64,000 nucleotides of DNA from Acidobacteriota bacterium (GTDB lineage: Bacteria; Acidobacteriota; UBA890; WLXD01), in NCBI GenBank assembly GCA_965205505.1, contig CBDBHB010000009.1:1568001-1632000 (forward strand), given 5' to 3'. Below, piece after piece: positions 41,703 to 51,251 of the stretch. Position numbers and translations under genes: made by a program. The stretch's first letter is position 1, and each line of letters starts with the position of its first letter. The notes beneath the pieces were generated by a model. It was not told the origin of the DNA, did not search any database, and saw only the letters and a program-made list of their open reading frames with translations.

Positions 41703-41992
41703 AGTGCTGGAGCAAGCCGAAGTGCTGTCCGCAGAGGTGGGATGCCTGAATCGTTGAACGACCCGCACAGCTTGCCGCCTTATCGACGCATTGAAACAGC
41801 GACACTTCGGCGTTGTCGTCAGCAAGACCTGTGGCCGCCTGCTTCGCACGCGGGCGACAGTGGGTGGTTCACCGACGGCCTAGTCGACGCTCATCTGCGT
41901 GAGGCCGTGATTACGCTGTCGGAGGCTCGGAAGGCCCTCGAGGACCTGGCGAGAGCGCCCGGAATCCGCAGCGGGGACACGCCTGGCCGTTG

Positions 41993-42466
41993 ATGACAGC
42001 GGTAGCCCGGGGCGCCAAGCGACGGAAACGGCGAGAACTTGCACGTCGTGGCGGCCCATCACAAAATCGTGCTAGGGTCCGTCCGAAGCTATTCGAGTAT
42101 GTGGACCACAGAGGAGTCCTCGCGATTTCGTCCTGGCGAAAGGATCTCCAGCCTGGGCAGCGCGGCGCGTTCGACGACAAGGTCAGACTGCTCAAAGAGC
42201 AGGGTGCGGAACTCTCCGTCTCCCATACGATCCTTGCCGGTCCTGTCGAGAAGCACCTTTACAAACTGCGGTTCTCCGCTGGACGCGTGCAGCTGCGCCC
42301 GGTGTTATGCAGGGGCCCGATCGTTAACGCCAGCGAGTTCACGTTCTTAGTCGGTGCCAAGGAAAAAGGCGACAAGATGATCCCACGTAACGCGTACAGC
42401 AAGGCGCTAGAATGTCGGCAGATCATTCGCGGCGACCCTGACCGGAGACACGAATATGACTGCTGA
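41993..42466 (+). CDS. RelE/HigB (Gp49-like) toxin candidate
   Basis: YVDHRG...I..W...L, LYKLRF, R.VL...F.FL...KEK; precedes an HTH gene; start uncertain. Confidence 0.6.
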   Translation: MTAVARGAKRRKRRELARRGGPSQNRARVRPKLFEYVDHRGVLAISSWRKDLQPGQRGAFDDKVRLLKEQGAELSVSHTILAGPVEKHLYKLRFSAGRVQLRPVLCRGPIVNASEFTFLVGAKEKGDKMIPRNAYSKALECRQIIRGDPDRRHEYDC

Positions 42467-43064
42467 GATGAACCGCATCCGCGAAGAGTTCCGGGATCCA
42501 GAATACCGGCACGGATACATCCAATCGTTCGTCGACTCCGTGGTCGCCAGCCAGGTCCGGATCCTTCGAAAGCACCACGGCCTGTCCCAGGCGGAACTCG
42601 CGGAGAAACTCGGCACGAAGCAATCCGCTATCTCGCGGATCGAGGACCCGAACTCTTCGGCGTGTAGCGTGACGACGCTGAAACGGCTCGCAAAGGTGTT
42701 CGACGTGGGCCTGTCAGTGCGCTTCGAGAGCTTCGGCGAGATGCTATTCGAGATTGAGGACCGTAGCCCGGACACACTGTGGCAACCTTCCTTCGACAAG
42801 GATCCTGCCTTCCAATCCCGACCGGCGTTCGTGACGCACTCAGACCCAGAGCCGTCGCAAGGGAGAGAGTTTTTGAAGCCTTTCTCTAACGCCTTGGCGG
42901 AAGACTGGCGTGAGCAAGTTCTCCCTGTTGAGGGCAAGGGCCTCGACCAGCCTCTCGCCACCTCTAAGCAGCCCCTTAGTGACGCACGCGCTTCGCCGGA
43001 CACGTTCCGAATAGCCAGCGCTACCTCCACTTCTCCGCATGTTAGGGACGGGGCAGCTGCGTGA
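42456..43064 (+). CDS. XRE HTH antitoxin with long C-terminal extension
   Basis: LRKHHGLSQAELAEKLGTKQSAISRIE; ~90-aa P/S/A-rich tail. Confidence 0.8.
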   Translation: MTAEMNRIREEFRDPEYRHGYIQSFVDSVVASQVRILRKHHGLSQAELAEKLGTKQSAISRIEDPNSSACSVTTLKRLAKVFDVGLSVRFESFGEMLFEIEDRSPDTLWQPSFDKDPAFQSRPAFVTHSDPEPSQGREFLKPFSNALAEDWREQVLPVEGKGLDQPLATSKQPLSDARASPDTFRIASATSTSPHVRDGAAA

Positions 43065-43759
43065 AAGTGCGCCGCTTGGAAGTCACACAGACCCGTATCT
43101 TCAGGTCCGATGTTCTCCCTGTGAGCGCCCTGCTATCGACGAAGCTTGGGAGTCATCTTGTGTCGCAGTTCGGCTTCGGTGACGTACGCCCGAATCTGGT
43201 TGAAGGTGAGCTTGACTCGATCATTTACGCTCGCGGGTCGCTTGAGTTGGATGATGAGCGCTCGGTGTTAATTCTCAGCATGGCGGTGGGGCCTCGCCGG
43301 ATCGTATCGGCCATACACGGACCATCTGCCGACGCAGACGAGTTCTTCGCCCGGATCGTGCACATCCTGGCCGAACTGGGCTACGGTGAGCCGGAGACAC
43401 TCGTCCCCGTCGTTGCGGCTGAGGAGAGCGTGTGTGTCTGCACGCTCGACATCAACTTCGGCGCGATGTTCTCCCCGGCGCTCCACGAATTCGTCGCCGA
43501 TACAGTGGCACCGGCAACGGCTAGCCCCTACGCCGACCATCATGAATTGATGCCTCAGCGACTTGGGTTCCGCGTGAGATACAAGGCCGCTGAAGACGTC
43601 ACGTCATTCGAGGCGAGCCTTGCGGACAAGATCTTCGTTCTCGAACCAAGAACGGGTGCCGGAGACGGCGAGCCGCTGTACTACGCGTCGCTGCCGGGCT
43701 CGACGGACGCTTTAATCAGAGTGCTCAATGAGCTCGAGACAAGATTCCCGCCAGCGTAG
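43061..43759 (+). CDS. Hypothetical protein, third gene of the TA operon
   Basis: 232 aa, GTGA overlap with the antitoxin gene. Confidence 0.65.
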   Translation: MKVRRLEVTQTRIFRSDVLPVSALLSTKLGSHLVSQFGFGDVRPNLVEGELDSIIYARGSLELDDERSVLILSMAVGPRRIVSAIHGPSADADEFFARIVHILAELGYGEPETLVPVVAAEESVCVCTLDINFGAMFSPALHEFVADTVAPATASPYADHHELMPQRLGFRVRYKAAEDVTSFEASLADKIFVLEPRTGAGDGEPLYYASLPGSTDALIRVLNELETRFPPA

Positions 43760-43901
43760 TCTTCCTTTTGCGGGGTGAGCCGGTGCTCGGCAAAGGGCTT
43801 GCGAGACATCAGCCCTCACCTCGACACTACCTCGCCTGGAGGTTGCTTCCGCCCTGGGGCGGGGGAAGCAAGGCCAAGTCGAAGCGATTCGGGTAGGTCA
43901 C

Positions 43902-44411
43902 ATGGTGAAGAGGACGATGTGTTTGCTGTCAGCACTTGCAGTCGGCTGCGCGAGCACAGCGTCGGTGCCGGAGCTTGGCACGGTGCCCGGGAGCGAAGCG
44001 CAGGGGCAGTCATCGTGGCGTGGTTTGGTGGTGGCGCCGGAGCGGCGATATTCACCGTACGAGGCGGGTGCGTACCGGTACTCGCAGTCGGTTGAGGATC
44101 GCATCGTCGCACAACTCGGCGGAGTGTACGGCCCGTATGCAGGACGCTGGTTCGCATCCAAGTCGGAGACCGACATCGAGCACATCGTGGCGCGGTCGGA
44201 AGCGTACGATAGCCGTCTATGCGCCGCCGACGGGGCGACGAAACGACAGTTCTCCAACGATCTGATCAACCTGACATTCGCTGCGCCGGACGTGAATCGG
44301 TATCAGCAACGGGACCATGATGTGTCGATCGGCCGTTGGTACCCGGCCGGGTTCATCCGTTGGTACATGCGTGCCGTGGCCGGTGAAGTCGGGCCGGTGC
44401 TCGCCTACTGA
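43902..44411 (+). pseudogene. Lipoprotein with truncated DUF1524/HNH nuclease-like domain
   Basis: Lipobox AVGC, DIEHIVA, F.NDLINL....VN; similarity lost after residue ~140. Confidence 0.55.
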
Positions 44412-44413
44412 CC

Positions 44414-45523
44414 GTGTCGAGCGCGGCGGCACCGAGCCCGCGGTTCGCGTTCATCGACGGGTTGCGTGGCCTGGCTTCGCTGAGCGTTGCGTTGTCGCAT
44501 CTCGTGTGGCTGCTGCCGTACCCGCTGCCGCTGCTCGAGTACGGTATGCACGGCCTCGAAGCGTTTTTCGTCATCAGCGGCTTCGTGATCGCCCATGCGC
44601 TGCGACGAACTCACGTAACCTTCGCCTTCGTCGGCAACTTCCTCTTGCGCCGATCGGTCCGCCTAGACCCCGCCTACTGGATCGCGATCCTGGGGCAGTT
44701 GTTCGTGCTGTGGCTGTGGTCAGAGCCTCTGCCGAGCCTCGCGGTCATCGGTTTGAACGCCGCCTACCTTCACGACCTGGCGCAGGTGGCCCATGTCGTT
44801 GAGGTGTCGTGGACGCTCTGCCTCGAGTTCCAGTTCTACATCGTCTACGTCATGGTCCTGGGGCTGAGCCAGTTGCTGGCAGCGCGGCTCGCCACCCCCG
44901 TCGGCCGAGTACGTATGGCGCTCTTCGGATCGCTGACGGTTCTGTCCGTGCTCTCGGGCATTCCCTGGGGAATCCACCCTTGGCTCGAGGCGATCGGCAA
45001 CGTTCCGGGGCTGTTTGTTTCACTCTGGTACATGTTCTTCCTGGGCGTAGCAGTGCAGTGGACGCTGACCAATGAGCTGCACCGTGCTTGGTTCGTTGCC
45101 TTCCTCGTGGCACTGGGGGCTGTGGCCTGGCTCTGGCGCGACCCTGTGCTCGTTCCACGCGACGAGATCAGCCCGGCAATAGCCCTTGCCACCGCGCTGC
45201 TCGTATACGCCGCCGGCTCGCTGGGTCGGCTACCAGCCGCCCTGGGGCAAGGCTGGCTACAGTACTTCGGCAGGATCTCCTACAGCCTCTACTTGGTGCA
45301 CGTGATGGTGGGCATGAACCTGGTCTACCTAGGCGAGCTCCTGCATGGGTCCGGGCCCGTCGCGATGATCGCTTGGTTCCTGGCCGCCTTTGGCGCCAGC
45401 GTTCTCGCGGCTCATCTCCTCTACGTTGCCGTGGAGCGGCCGAGCCTGCGGCTGATCGAGCGCCTGAAAGGACGCCAACTAGCTCAACCTCGACGCTCAC
45501 CGAGGGTGGGCGCCGTCGTGTGA
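44414..45523 (+). CDS. Acyltransferase family 3 (OafA-like)
   Basis: IDGLRGLA, FFVISGFVI, RR..RL.P, WTL.LE.QFY, G.ISYSLYLVH, VERP. Confidence 0.9.
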   Translation: MSSAAAPSPRFAFIDGLRGLASLSVALSHLVWLLPYPLPLLEYGMHGLEAFFVISGFVIAHALRRTHVTFAFVGNFLLRRSVRLDPAYWIAILGQLFVLWLWSEPLPSLAVIGLNAAYLHDLAQVAHVVEVSWTLCLEFQFYIVYVMVLGLSQLLAARLATPVGRVRMALFGSLTVLSVLSGIPWGIHPWLEAIGNVPGLFVSLWYMFFLGVAVQWTLTNELHRAWFVAFLVALGAVAWLWRDPVLVPRDEISPAIALATALLVYAAGSLGRLPAALGQGWLQYFGRISYSLYLVHVMVGMNLVYLGELLHGSGPVAMIAWFLAAFGASVLAAHLLYVAVERPSLRLIERLKGRQLAQPRRSPRVGAVV

Positions 45524-45543
45524 CGGGTCGCCGCCGTCACGGG

Positions 45544-45800
45544 TTACGTACCCGGGTACTCGGTGAAGAGCACGACGTTGCCCTCCGAGTCGGTCGCGAC
45601 GAGCTGCGTGTAGCCGGGTTGGTGATCGATCCCCGTGCGGTCATTGATGGCAGGTATGTGCGGGAATACAGACCCCTGCGCGCAAAGGTACTCGTAGAGT
45701 CGATCCACCGATCGGACCCAGAAGCTCACGTAGCCATTAGCTTTACCGGGCCGCAACAACTCCTAGGCGTCGACGCGGCCTTGTATGGCGACCGTTGGGC
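45544..45800 (-). pseudogene. VOC/glyoxalase-like fragment
   Basis: FWVRSVDRLY...DSEGNVVLFTEY with an in-frame TAG upstream. Confidence 0.4.
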
Positions 45801-45877
45801 CGAAGCCTTTCACTGCCGCAACTGACCGCCTCAATCACCCTGAATCGCTGCGCGTTCCCCTGGATGGGCCTGTCAAG

Positions 45878-45897
45878 TTGTGACCTCTGTGTGACCT
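45878..45897 (+). repeat. Integrase arm-type site (right)
   Basis: TTGTGACCTCTGTGTGACCT. Confidence 0.7.
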
Positions 45898-45971
45898 AAT
45901 AGCAACGAACGCACGCAGTCTACCGGGACGATATCGACCGTAAATAGCTTATTTCATTTGAGTTATTTTAA

Positions 45972-45997
45972 GTCTGGGTGAGAGGATTTGAACCTCC
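45972..45997 (-). other. tRNA 3'-end fragment (tRNA-Pro-like), att vestige
   Basis: GGAGGTTCAAATCCTCTCACCCAGAC = T-arm plus acceptor 3' strand; no 5' half. Confidence 0.7.
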
Positions 45998-46012
45998 TGA
46001 ATACTGTCACTG

Positions 46013-46066
46013 CAGCAGAATCGCCTGCCGCTGCGCATCGAAGCCGGCGAGAGAACCTTCAAGTAG
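46013..46066 (+). pseudogene. Displaced DUF1684 C-terminus
   Basis: Encodes QQNRLPLRIEAGERTFK*. Confidence 0.85.
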
Positions 46067-47126
46067 CTGGTGTGCGGACCGTTTCGGGGGCGGCGTCTGC
46101 GCGGTCGGAATCGAGCGTCTCGGCGATTCTGTAGGGCGTCTGGCCGACCGCCTCGTAGTACGTGCGCATTGCCATCTCTGCTAGCAAGCCCGTACTGACT
46201 ATCTGGATACCGATGAGCACCAGCCCGAAGGCGACGATAAGCAGGGGACGGTTGGCGATGGGTTCGAACACCACGAAGCGCACGTACGCGAGGTAGGCGA
46301 GCAGCGCTGTGCCGGCGAGTGTCAGGCTGCCCCCCAGGGCACCAAAGAACAGGAACGGACGCGTCGCATAGCCGAGCAGGAAACGTACCAGCAGGATGTC
46401 GAGCACGACCTTGAACACGCGAAACAGCCCGTATTTCGTGGTTCCGGCGACGCGCGCCCGGTCGCTGACGGGGATCTCGGTGATGCGCGTTCCTTGCCAG
46501 CTGGCGATGGCCGGGATGAAGCGGTGCAGCTCGCCGTAGAGCTTGATGTTGCGCAGAATCTCGCGCCGATAGCCTTTCAGCGAGCAGCCGTAGTCGTGCA
46601 GCGATACCCCAGTCGTTCGAGAGATGATGCGATTGGCGATCATCGAGGGCAGACGTCGGGTCAGGAACGGCTCCTTACGGTTCAGTCGCCAGCCGCTGAC
46701 GATATCGAAGCCCTCATCCATCTTGGCCAGCACCATCGGGATGTCGGCCGGGTCGTTCTGCAAATCGCCGTCCATCGTCACCACGACATCACCGCGAGCC
46801 GCCTCAAAGCCGGCCGAGAATCCCGCCGTTTGCCCGAAGTTTCTCCGTAGTCGGATGATGCGCCAGCGATCATCGCGTCGATGCACGTCGCGCAGCTTCT
46901 CGAACGTGCCGTCGCTGCTGCCGTCGTCGACGATCACTACCTCGTAGGGACGCCCCAGATGCTCCAGCGCGCTCGTAATCTGTTCGTATAGAGGTTCGAC
47001 ATTGTCGACCTCGTTGAACATCGGGACCACTATCGATAGGTCAACGGCGGCGCGCGATCCGGGTCGCGTCTCGGCGGCCAACGCCGGGGAGGAGCCGGAG
47101 GTGGCCGGTCCTGATACTCCGGTCAC
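46059..47126 (-). CDS. Glycosyltransferase family 2 (ArnC/DPM1-like)
   Basis: SIVVPMFNE, DDGSSD, RNFGQT, MDGDLQNDP, HRFIP; two C-terminal TM helices. Confidence 0.9.
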   Translation of the reverse strand: MTGVSGPATSGSSPALAAETRPGSRAAVDLSIVVPMFNEVDNVEPLYEQITSALEHLGRPYEVVIVDDGSSDGTFEKLRDVHRRDDRWRIIRLRRNFGQTAGFSAGFEAARGDVVVTMDGDLQNDPADIPMVLAKMDEGFDIVSGWRLNRKEPFLTRRLPSMIANRIISRTTGVSLHDYGCSLKGYRREILRNIKLYGELHRFIPAIASWQGTRITEIPVSDRARVAGTTKYGLFRVFKVVLDILLVRFLLGYATRPFLFFGALGGSLTLAGTALLAYLAYVRFVVFEPIANRPLLIVAFGLVLIGIQIVSTGLLAEMAMRTYYEAVGQTPYRIAETLDSDRADAAPETVRTPAT

Positions 47127-47335
47127 AGTCGCTCTCCGCGACGTAGCTTTTCGAGCGCTTTGTCGAGTCGCCGCTGACGCGTATCTTCGCGCTTGGCGTC
47201 GGCGATCCAGCGGGCGTACTCCAGCACCCTTACCTGGCCGCGGGTCCCGTGCGTCTCTTGTACCGAGAAAGGAATCTCTACGAGGCCGCCGCCGCCGCGG
47301 CCCTCCGTGATGACGGCGTCGAACTCGTGGGTCAC
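47123..47335 (-). pseudogene. DUF1905-OmdA/YdeI protein with in-frame internal deletion
   Basis: FDAVI...VEIPFSV...GTRGQVRV joined directly to EYARWIADAKREDTRQRR. Confidence 0.6.
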
Positions 47336-48585
47336 TCGACCTTCCAGATGGCAATGCCGCCGGCCTGTTTGCCGATGTCGATGTTGCCGACGCGCTGCGC
47401 CGTGTGCAGATCGTAGGCTTCGACCGACCCCGGTTCGCCGCCGATGCCCTCGATGGTCACGAACGCGTAACGGCCGTCGGGCGAACAAACAACACCGTGT
47501 GGGATTGGTCGCAACGTGTCGATCTTGGCCACCTCCTCACCGAGCTCGAGGTCCCAGATGCCGACGGACTTGCTGCTCTTGTATGTGACCACGAGCAACT
47601 TGCCGTCTGGCGTGACGTCGAGGTTGTAGGGTCCGGCCGCGGTGCTGAACGTGCGCTCGACCTTCCAGTCCTCGACGTCCACCTCGAGCAGGCGAGCCGA
47701 CCCGTTGCCGGCGACATATACCTTCCCCTGGGGGGTGACCGGCGACACCCAGGTGGGCTTGATGAGGGGAGGCTTCATCGCCATGCCCTCGTCGTGGCTC
47801 ATGTCGCTCATGCTGTCTGCGCCCCCGAGGTCCTGTGCGAGACCGTTGCCGGTCTGCTGATAGCGCTCCCAGGACGGGGCGTTCTCCGAAAGCGGAAGGA
47901 TGCGGCGATTGCGCAGTTGGTAAGCGTCGATCTCGCGCAGCTCATCGTTCATCATCGCGACGCTGTATTGACGACTGCCAGCCGTGTTCATGCGCGAGCC
48001 ATGCGGCATGACGCCGGTGGGAATCTGCGCCACCTCGGTCATCGACTCGGTCTCGACCACCGAGACTGTGCTGGGCACGTGGTCGCCGTGGAGGTTGAAG
48101 TTCACGGCGAACAACAGTCCGGTGCTCGGCGAGATCACCGCCGAAGCAGGGAACAGCCCCAGGGTCACGTCGCCGACGTACTCGTCGGTCTCGGTGTCGT
48201 ACTTGAACAGGATCCCGAATGGGTTGCCGTGGGCGACGGTGACGTACCAATAGCGGCCGTCGGGCGAGATCGTCATGCCATGGGGGCCTTCGGTCTCCGT
48301 AGGCCATATACCTACCGGAATGCTGCGGATGAGTCGAAAACCCTCCGGGCCGAAGGCGATCTTCTCGACGACGTCGTCAGATTCGGCGGCGACGTATAGG
48401 TAGTAGGTGTTTTCGGGGGCTGCGGCGCCAGGCACCGGGTTCAGCACCGCGAGCGCGGTCATCAGCAATAGCGTCAGCATCCCTGAACCGACCACCTGGG
48501 CTCTTGGGCGAGGTAGGTGCCTCAAGGTTTGCCACGCTGTCGGCCGGGATCGCGTCTGCTTCATCCTGCCTCGCTCATCTGCCAC
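47332..48585 (-). CDS. YncE/YVTN beta-propeller protein
   Basis: GPHG..SPDG repeats, VSVV......IPTG.MPHG. Confidence 0.8.
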   Translation of the reverse strand: MADERGRMKQTRSRPTAWQTLRHLPRPRAQVVGSGMLTLLLMTALAVLNPVPGAAAPENTYYLYVAAESDDVVEKIAFGPEGFRLIRSIPVGIWPTETEGPHGMTISPDGRYWYVTVAHGNPFGILFKYDTETDEYVGDVTLGLFPASAVISPSTGLLFAVNFNLHGDHVPSTVSVVETESMTEVAQIPTGVMPHGSRMNTAGSRQYSVAMMNDELREIDAYQLRNRRILPLSENAPSWERYQQTGNGLAQDLGGADSMSDMSHDEGMAMKPPLIKPTWVSPVTPQGKVYVAGNGSARLLEVDVEDWKVERTFSTAAGPYNLDVTPDGKLLVVTYKSSKSVGIWDLELGEEVAKIDTLRPIPHGVVCSPDGRYAFVTIEGIGGEPGSVEAYDLHTAQRVGNIDIGKQAGGIAIWKVE

Positions 48586-50620
48586 CGGTAGTCGCGTCCT
48601 CGTCGTCGCGCGGCTTCAGTCGCACCGCCCAAAGGCCGGAGTTGTAGTCGGAGAAGAAGATGTTTCCCTTGTATGGTTGCGGGGCCCATGTGAACGGCGC
48701 GTTGGGCACGTGGCCCTCCGGGTCGAACGGCAAGAAGTAGGCGATCTCGCGCCCCTGCCGGTAGAGATCGCCGAGTAGCTCGCCCGATATGTCGACAACG
48801 CGGAGCCCGCCCTGATAGTAGGCCACGTAGAGGATCTCGTTCTCCTCATCGACCCAGAGGTTATGGGTGCCAGCCTCGGGTACCTCGTAACGGGCGACCT
48901 CCTCAGGGTTGTCCCAGTCGTCCCACTCGTAGATGTGGACCCAGCCCTGCATCCGCTGAGGCTCGCCTGCATAGCCCGGTGTGCCTCCACGCAGGCCCGC
49001 CTCGTCGCCGCCGATCATGTAGAAGCGGCCGGTGGACTCGGAGCGGAACGGGAACGCTGCGTGGTTCCAGCCGCTCGGATAGGGTGTGTTGCCAAGGAAC
49101 ACCGGGTTGTTCGGTGAGCCGCCCTTGCCGCCGCCGCCTACATCGACCGCTACTACACCGTCGATCCAGTTTGACGAGTAGGCGACGCCGTCGGTCACCC
49201 AGACGTCATGGATCGAGTGTCCGGGTGTGTCCATTTCGAAGGAGCTCACCCGGTGTGGCTTGGTCGGGTCCTCGATGCTGATGATGTCGTAGCGTTGGCC
49301 GGCGCTCAGCGCGTATACGTGGTCGTCGTAGACGAAGACGTTATGCACGCCCCCGGTCAACTGCTCGTCGTAGCGAGACAGCACCTGCGCACCCTGATCG
49401 TAAAGGTCCGATACGTCGAGGATGAGCAGGCCGTTGCGGCGGTTCGAGGCTCCCTCTCGGCTGATTACCGCGATGCGGCCGTCCTCCGACACCTTGACGT
49501 CGTTGACCGTGCGCGCATCGACCTTGATGGTGTCGATGAGCTGCATGTTGGCGGGCTCGGTAACGTCCCAGAAGTACGCATGTCCATCGGCGTTGTGGGT
49601 GCCGGTTATGGCGTAGTCACGTCCGTCCGGCCCCTCCCAGACCCAGAGGTCGGAGGTGGCTCGGTCGCTGACGCGCCCTTGTCCGAGGACCTCGATCTCG
49701 CGCCTGATATCGCGCGGCCTGATGGCGACCGTGACCGAGGCGGTGTGCGTGCCGCTGGCCGCGATGATGGTGTACTCGCCCGGCAGATCAGCCACGAAAC
49801 GGCCGTCCTGTGTGACCAGGCCGGAGCCCGGGTCGCCGATGCCGTACTCGACGCTTCGGGACTGGAAGGCGTACTGGACGGGCAACCCGGGGATGACGTT
49901 TCCGGCGCTGTCGCGCGGTAGCGCGGTGACGTGAATTACATCGCCTGTGCGCGCATCCAGTGCGCTTGCCTGCAGTTGCAACGATGCGGTGTTGTTCTCG
50001 TTCACCCGTGTCGCGAGGTCGGCGCTGACGTTGTCGGCAGCGACCGTAAAGGTCACGCTGCCCGGTGTCTTGAGCGTTACCGTACCCAGCGCGTTGATCT
50101 CGGCGATGCTCGGATCGCTGCTCGTGAAACGAAGTGCAACGTCGCTACGCTCGGCTCCGGAGGCGTCGGTGAGGCGCGTTTCCAGGCGTAACCGCGTCTG
50201 TGCGTAGAAGTTTTCAGGTGGCTCGACGAACTCCACTGTCGCAAGCGGTGGATTGGGAATCGTCACCCGAATCGTAGTGCGCACCGTGTCGGAGAGGTTT
50301 CGACGGCTGAACGCCACGCCCGGCTTCGGTACCAGGGCGACAACATCGAACGTGCCCGGGCGATAGGCCTCGAGCTCCCCGGTGCCACTCACGCCAAGGT
50401 TGCGGCGTGCCCTGGAGAAGTAGATGACCGCCGCTTCGAGGACGTTTCCATCCGCGTCCATCACCGTCGCCGAAAGCTGCATCTTCTGCCCCACCTCGAG
50501 GGTGAGGGACGATGGCTCCACGGCGATCTCGGTAGCCTCCGCCGGCTCCTGTGCAGGAATGCTCACGGGTAGGGCGGCGAGCGCCAGCAACAGCAAGGCC
50601 ATGGAGATCGGTCGTTTCAT
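48575..50620 (-). CDS. Secreted Ig-like/LVIVD-repeat protein
   Basis: Signal peptide, Big_2-like domains, HNVFV, HDVWV, YYQGGLRVVD. Confidence 0.75.
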   Translation of the reverse strand: MKRPISMALLLLALAALPVSIPAQEPAEATEIAVEPSSLTLEVGQKMQLSATVMDADGNVLEAAVIYFSRARRNLGVSGTGELEAYRPGTFDVVALVPKPGVAFSRRNLSDTVRTTIRVTIPNPPLATVEFVEPPENFYAQTRLRLETRLTDASGAERSDVALRFTSSDPSIAEINALGTVTLKTPGSVTFTVAADNVSADLATRVNENNTASLQLQASALDARTGDVIHVTALPRDSAGNVIPGLPVQYAFQSRSVEYGIGDPGSGLVTQDGRFVADLPGEYTIIAASGTHTASVTVAIRPRDIRREIEVLGQGRVSDRATSDLWVWEGPDGRDYAITGTHNADGHAYFWDVTEPANMQLIDTIKVDARTVNDVKVSEDGRIAVISREGASNRRNGLLILDVSDLYDQGAQVLSRYDEQLTGGVHNVFVYDDHVYALSAGQRYDIISIEDPTKPHRVSSFEMDTPGHSIHDVWVTDGVAYSSNWIDGVVAVDVGGGGKGGSPNNPVFLGNTPYPSGWNHAAFPFRSESTGRFYMIGGDEAGLRGGTPGYAGEPQRMQGWVHIYEWDDWDNPEEVARYEVPEAGTHNLWVDEENEILYVAYYQGGLRVVDISGELLGDLYRQGREIAYFLPFDPEGHVPNAPFTWAPQPYKGNIFFSDYNSGLWAVRLKPRDDEDATTGGR

Positions 50621-50867
50621 TGTTTACCTCTGAGGGTGCGAGAATCGCCGAGCGAAGCGTTGGCCGCGCAACGACATCGGAACGACAGTGAGAATGGCGC
50701 TGTGAAGCGCCCGCATGGAACAACAGTGTAGAAGCTTAAGCTTGCCACCGGCGGGGGACGGGCTCAACGGCCGCCGGCGGTCGCGTTCCCCCACGTCGGC
50801 ATCCCCGATGACATGTGATAGATAGAGACCTGTCAGTCTCGATCGCATGCATCTTGCCGGAGATCCG

Positions 50868-51251
50868 ATGCCGACCCACATAACGGCGCCCAGCCGCCCG
50901 CCGGCGGCAGGCAACTCTCCGAAGGTAATCGAGGAGTACGTTGGCCGCATGAACACCGGCTCGGAGCAGGTGAGTATTGCCCACATGCACAGCCCTGGCG
51001 GCTGGCAAGAGCCAGGTCAGGCGCCGGAGTTCGATGAGTACACGCTCGTGCTGGCGGGGACGTTGCACGTCGAGCATGCTGACGGCAGCTTCGACGTCAC
51101 CGTCGGGCAAGCGGTCCACGCGCGCAAGGGAGAATGGGTACGCTACAGTACGCTCGGTGCTGACGGGGCCGAGTATGTGGCGATTTGCACGCCGGCCTTC
51201 TCGCCGCATACCGTGCATCGGGACGACCGAGCCCCAAACCATTCCACATGA
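50868..51251 (+). CDS. Cupin domain protein
   Basis: EPGQ.PEFDEYTLV..G, GEWVRYST, PAFSP. Confidence 0.8.
   Translation: MPTHITAPSRPPAAGNSPKVIEEYVGRMNTGSEQVSIAHMHSPGGWQEPGQAPEFDEYTLVLAGTLHVEHADGSFDVTVGQAVHARKGEWVRYSTLGADGAEYVAICTPAFSPHTVHRDDRAPNHST

Larger units (their letters stand above)
35427..46018 (+). mobile_element. Integrated phage-satellite/PICI-like element (~10.6 kb)
   Basis: Junction repeats CACCGCAACAG / CACTGCAGCAG split DUF1684; contains int, alpA, DUF3631, iterons, TerS-like gene; no capsid or TerL gene seen. Confidence 0.85.

Noticed and set aside
45972-45997. Functional tRNA gene
   Set aside because: Only the T-arm and acceptor 3' strand are present; no D or anticodon arm and no CCA
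35427-46018. Complete prophage or ICE
   Set aside because: No capsid, portal, TerL, tail, relaxase or T4SS genes
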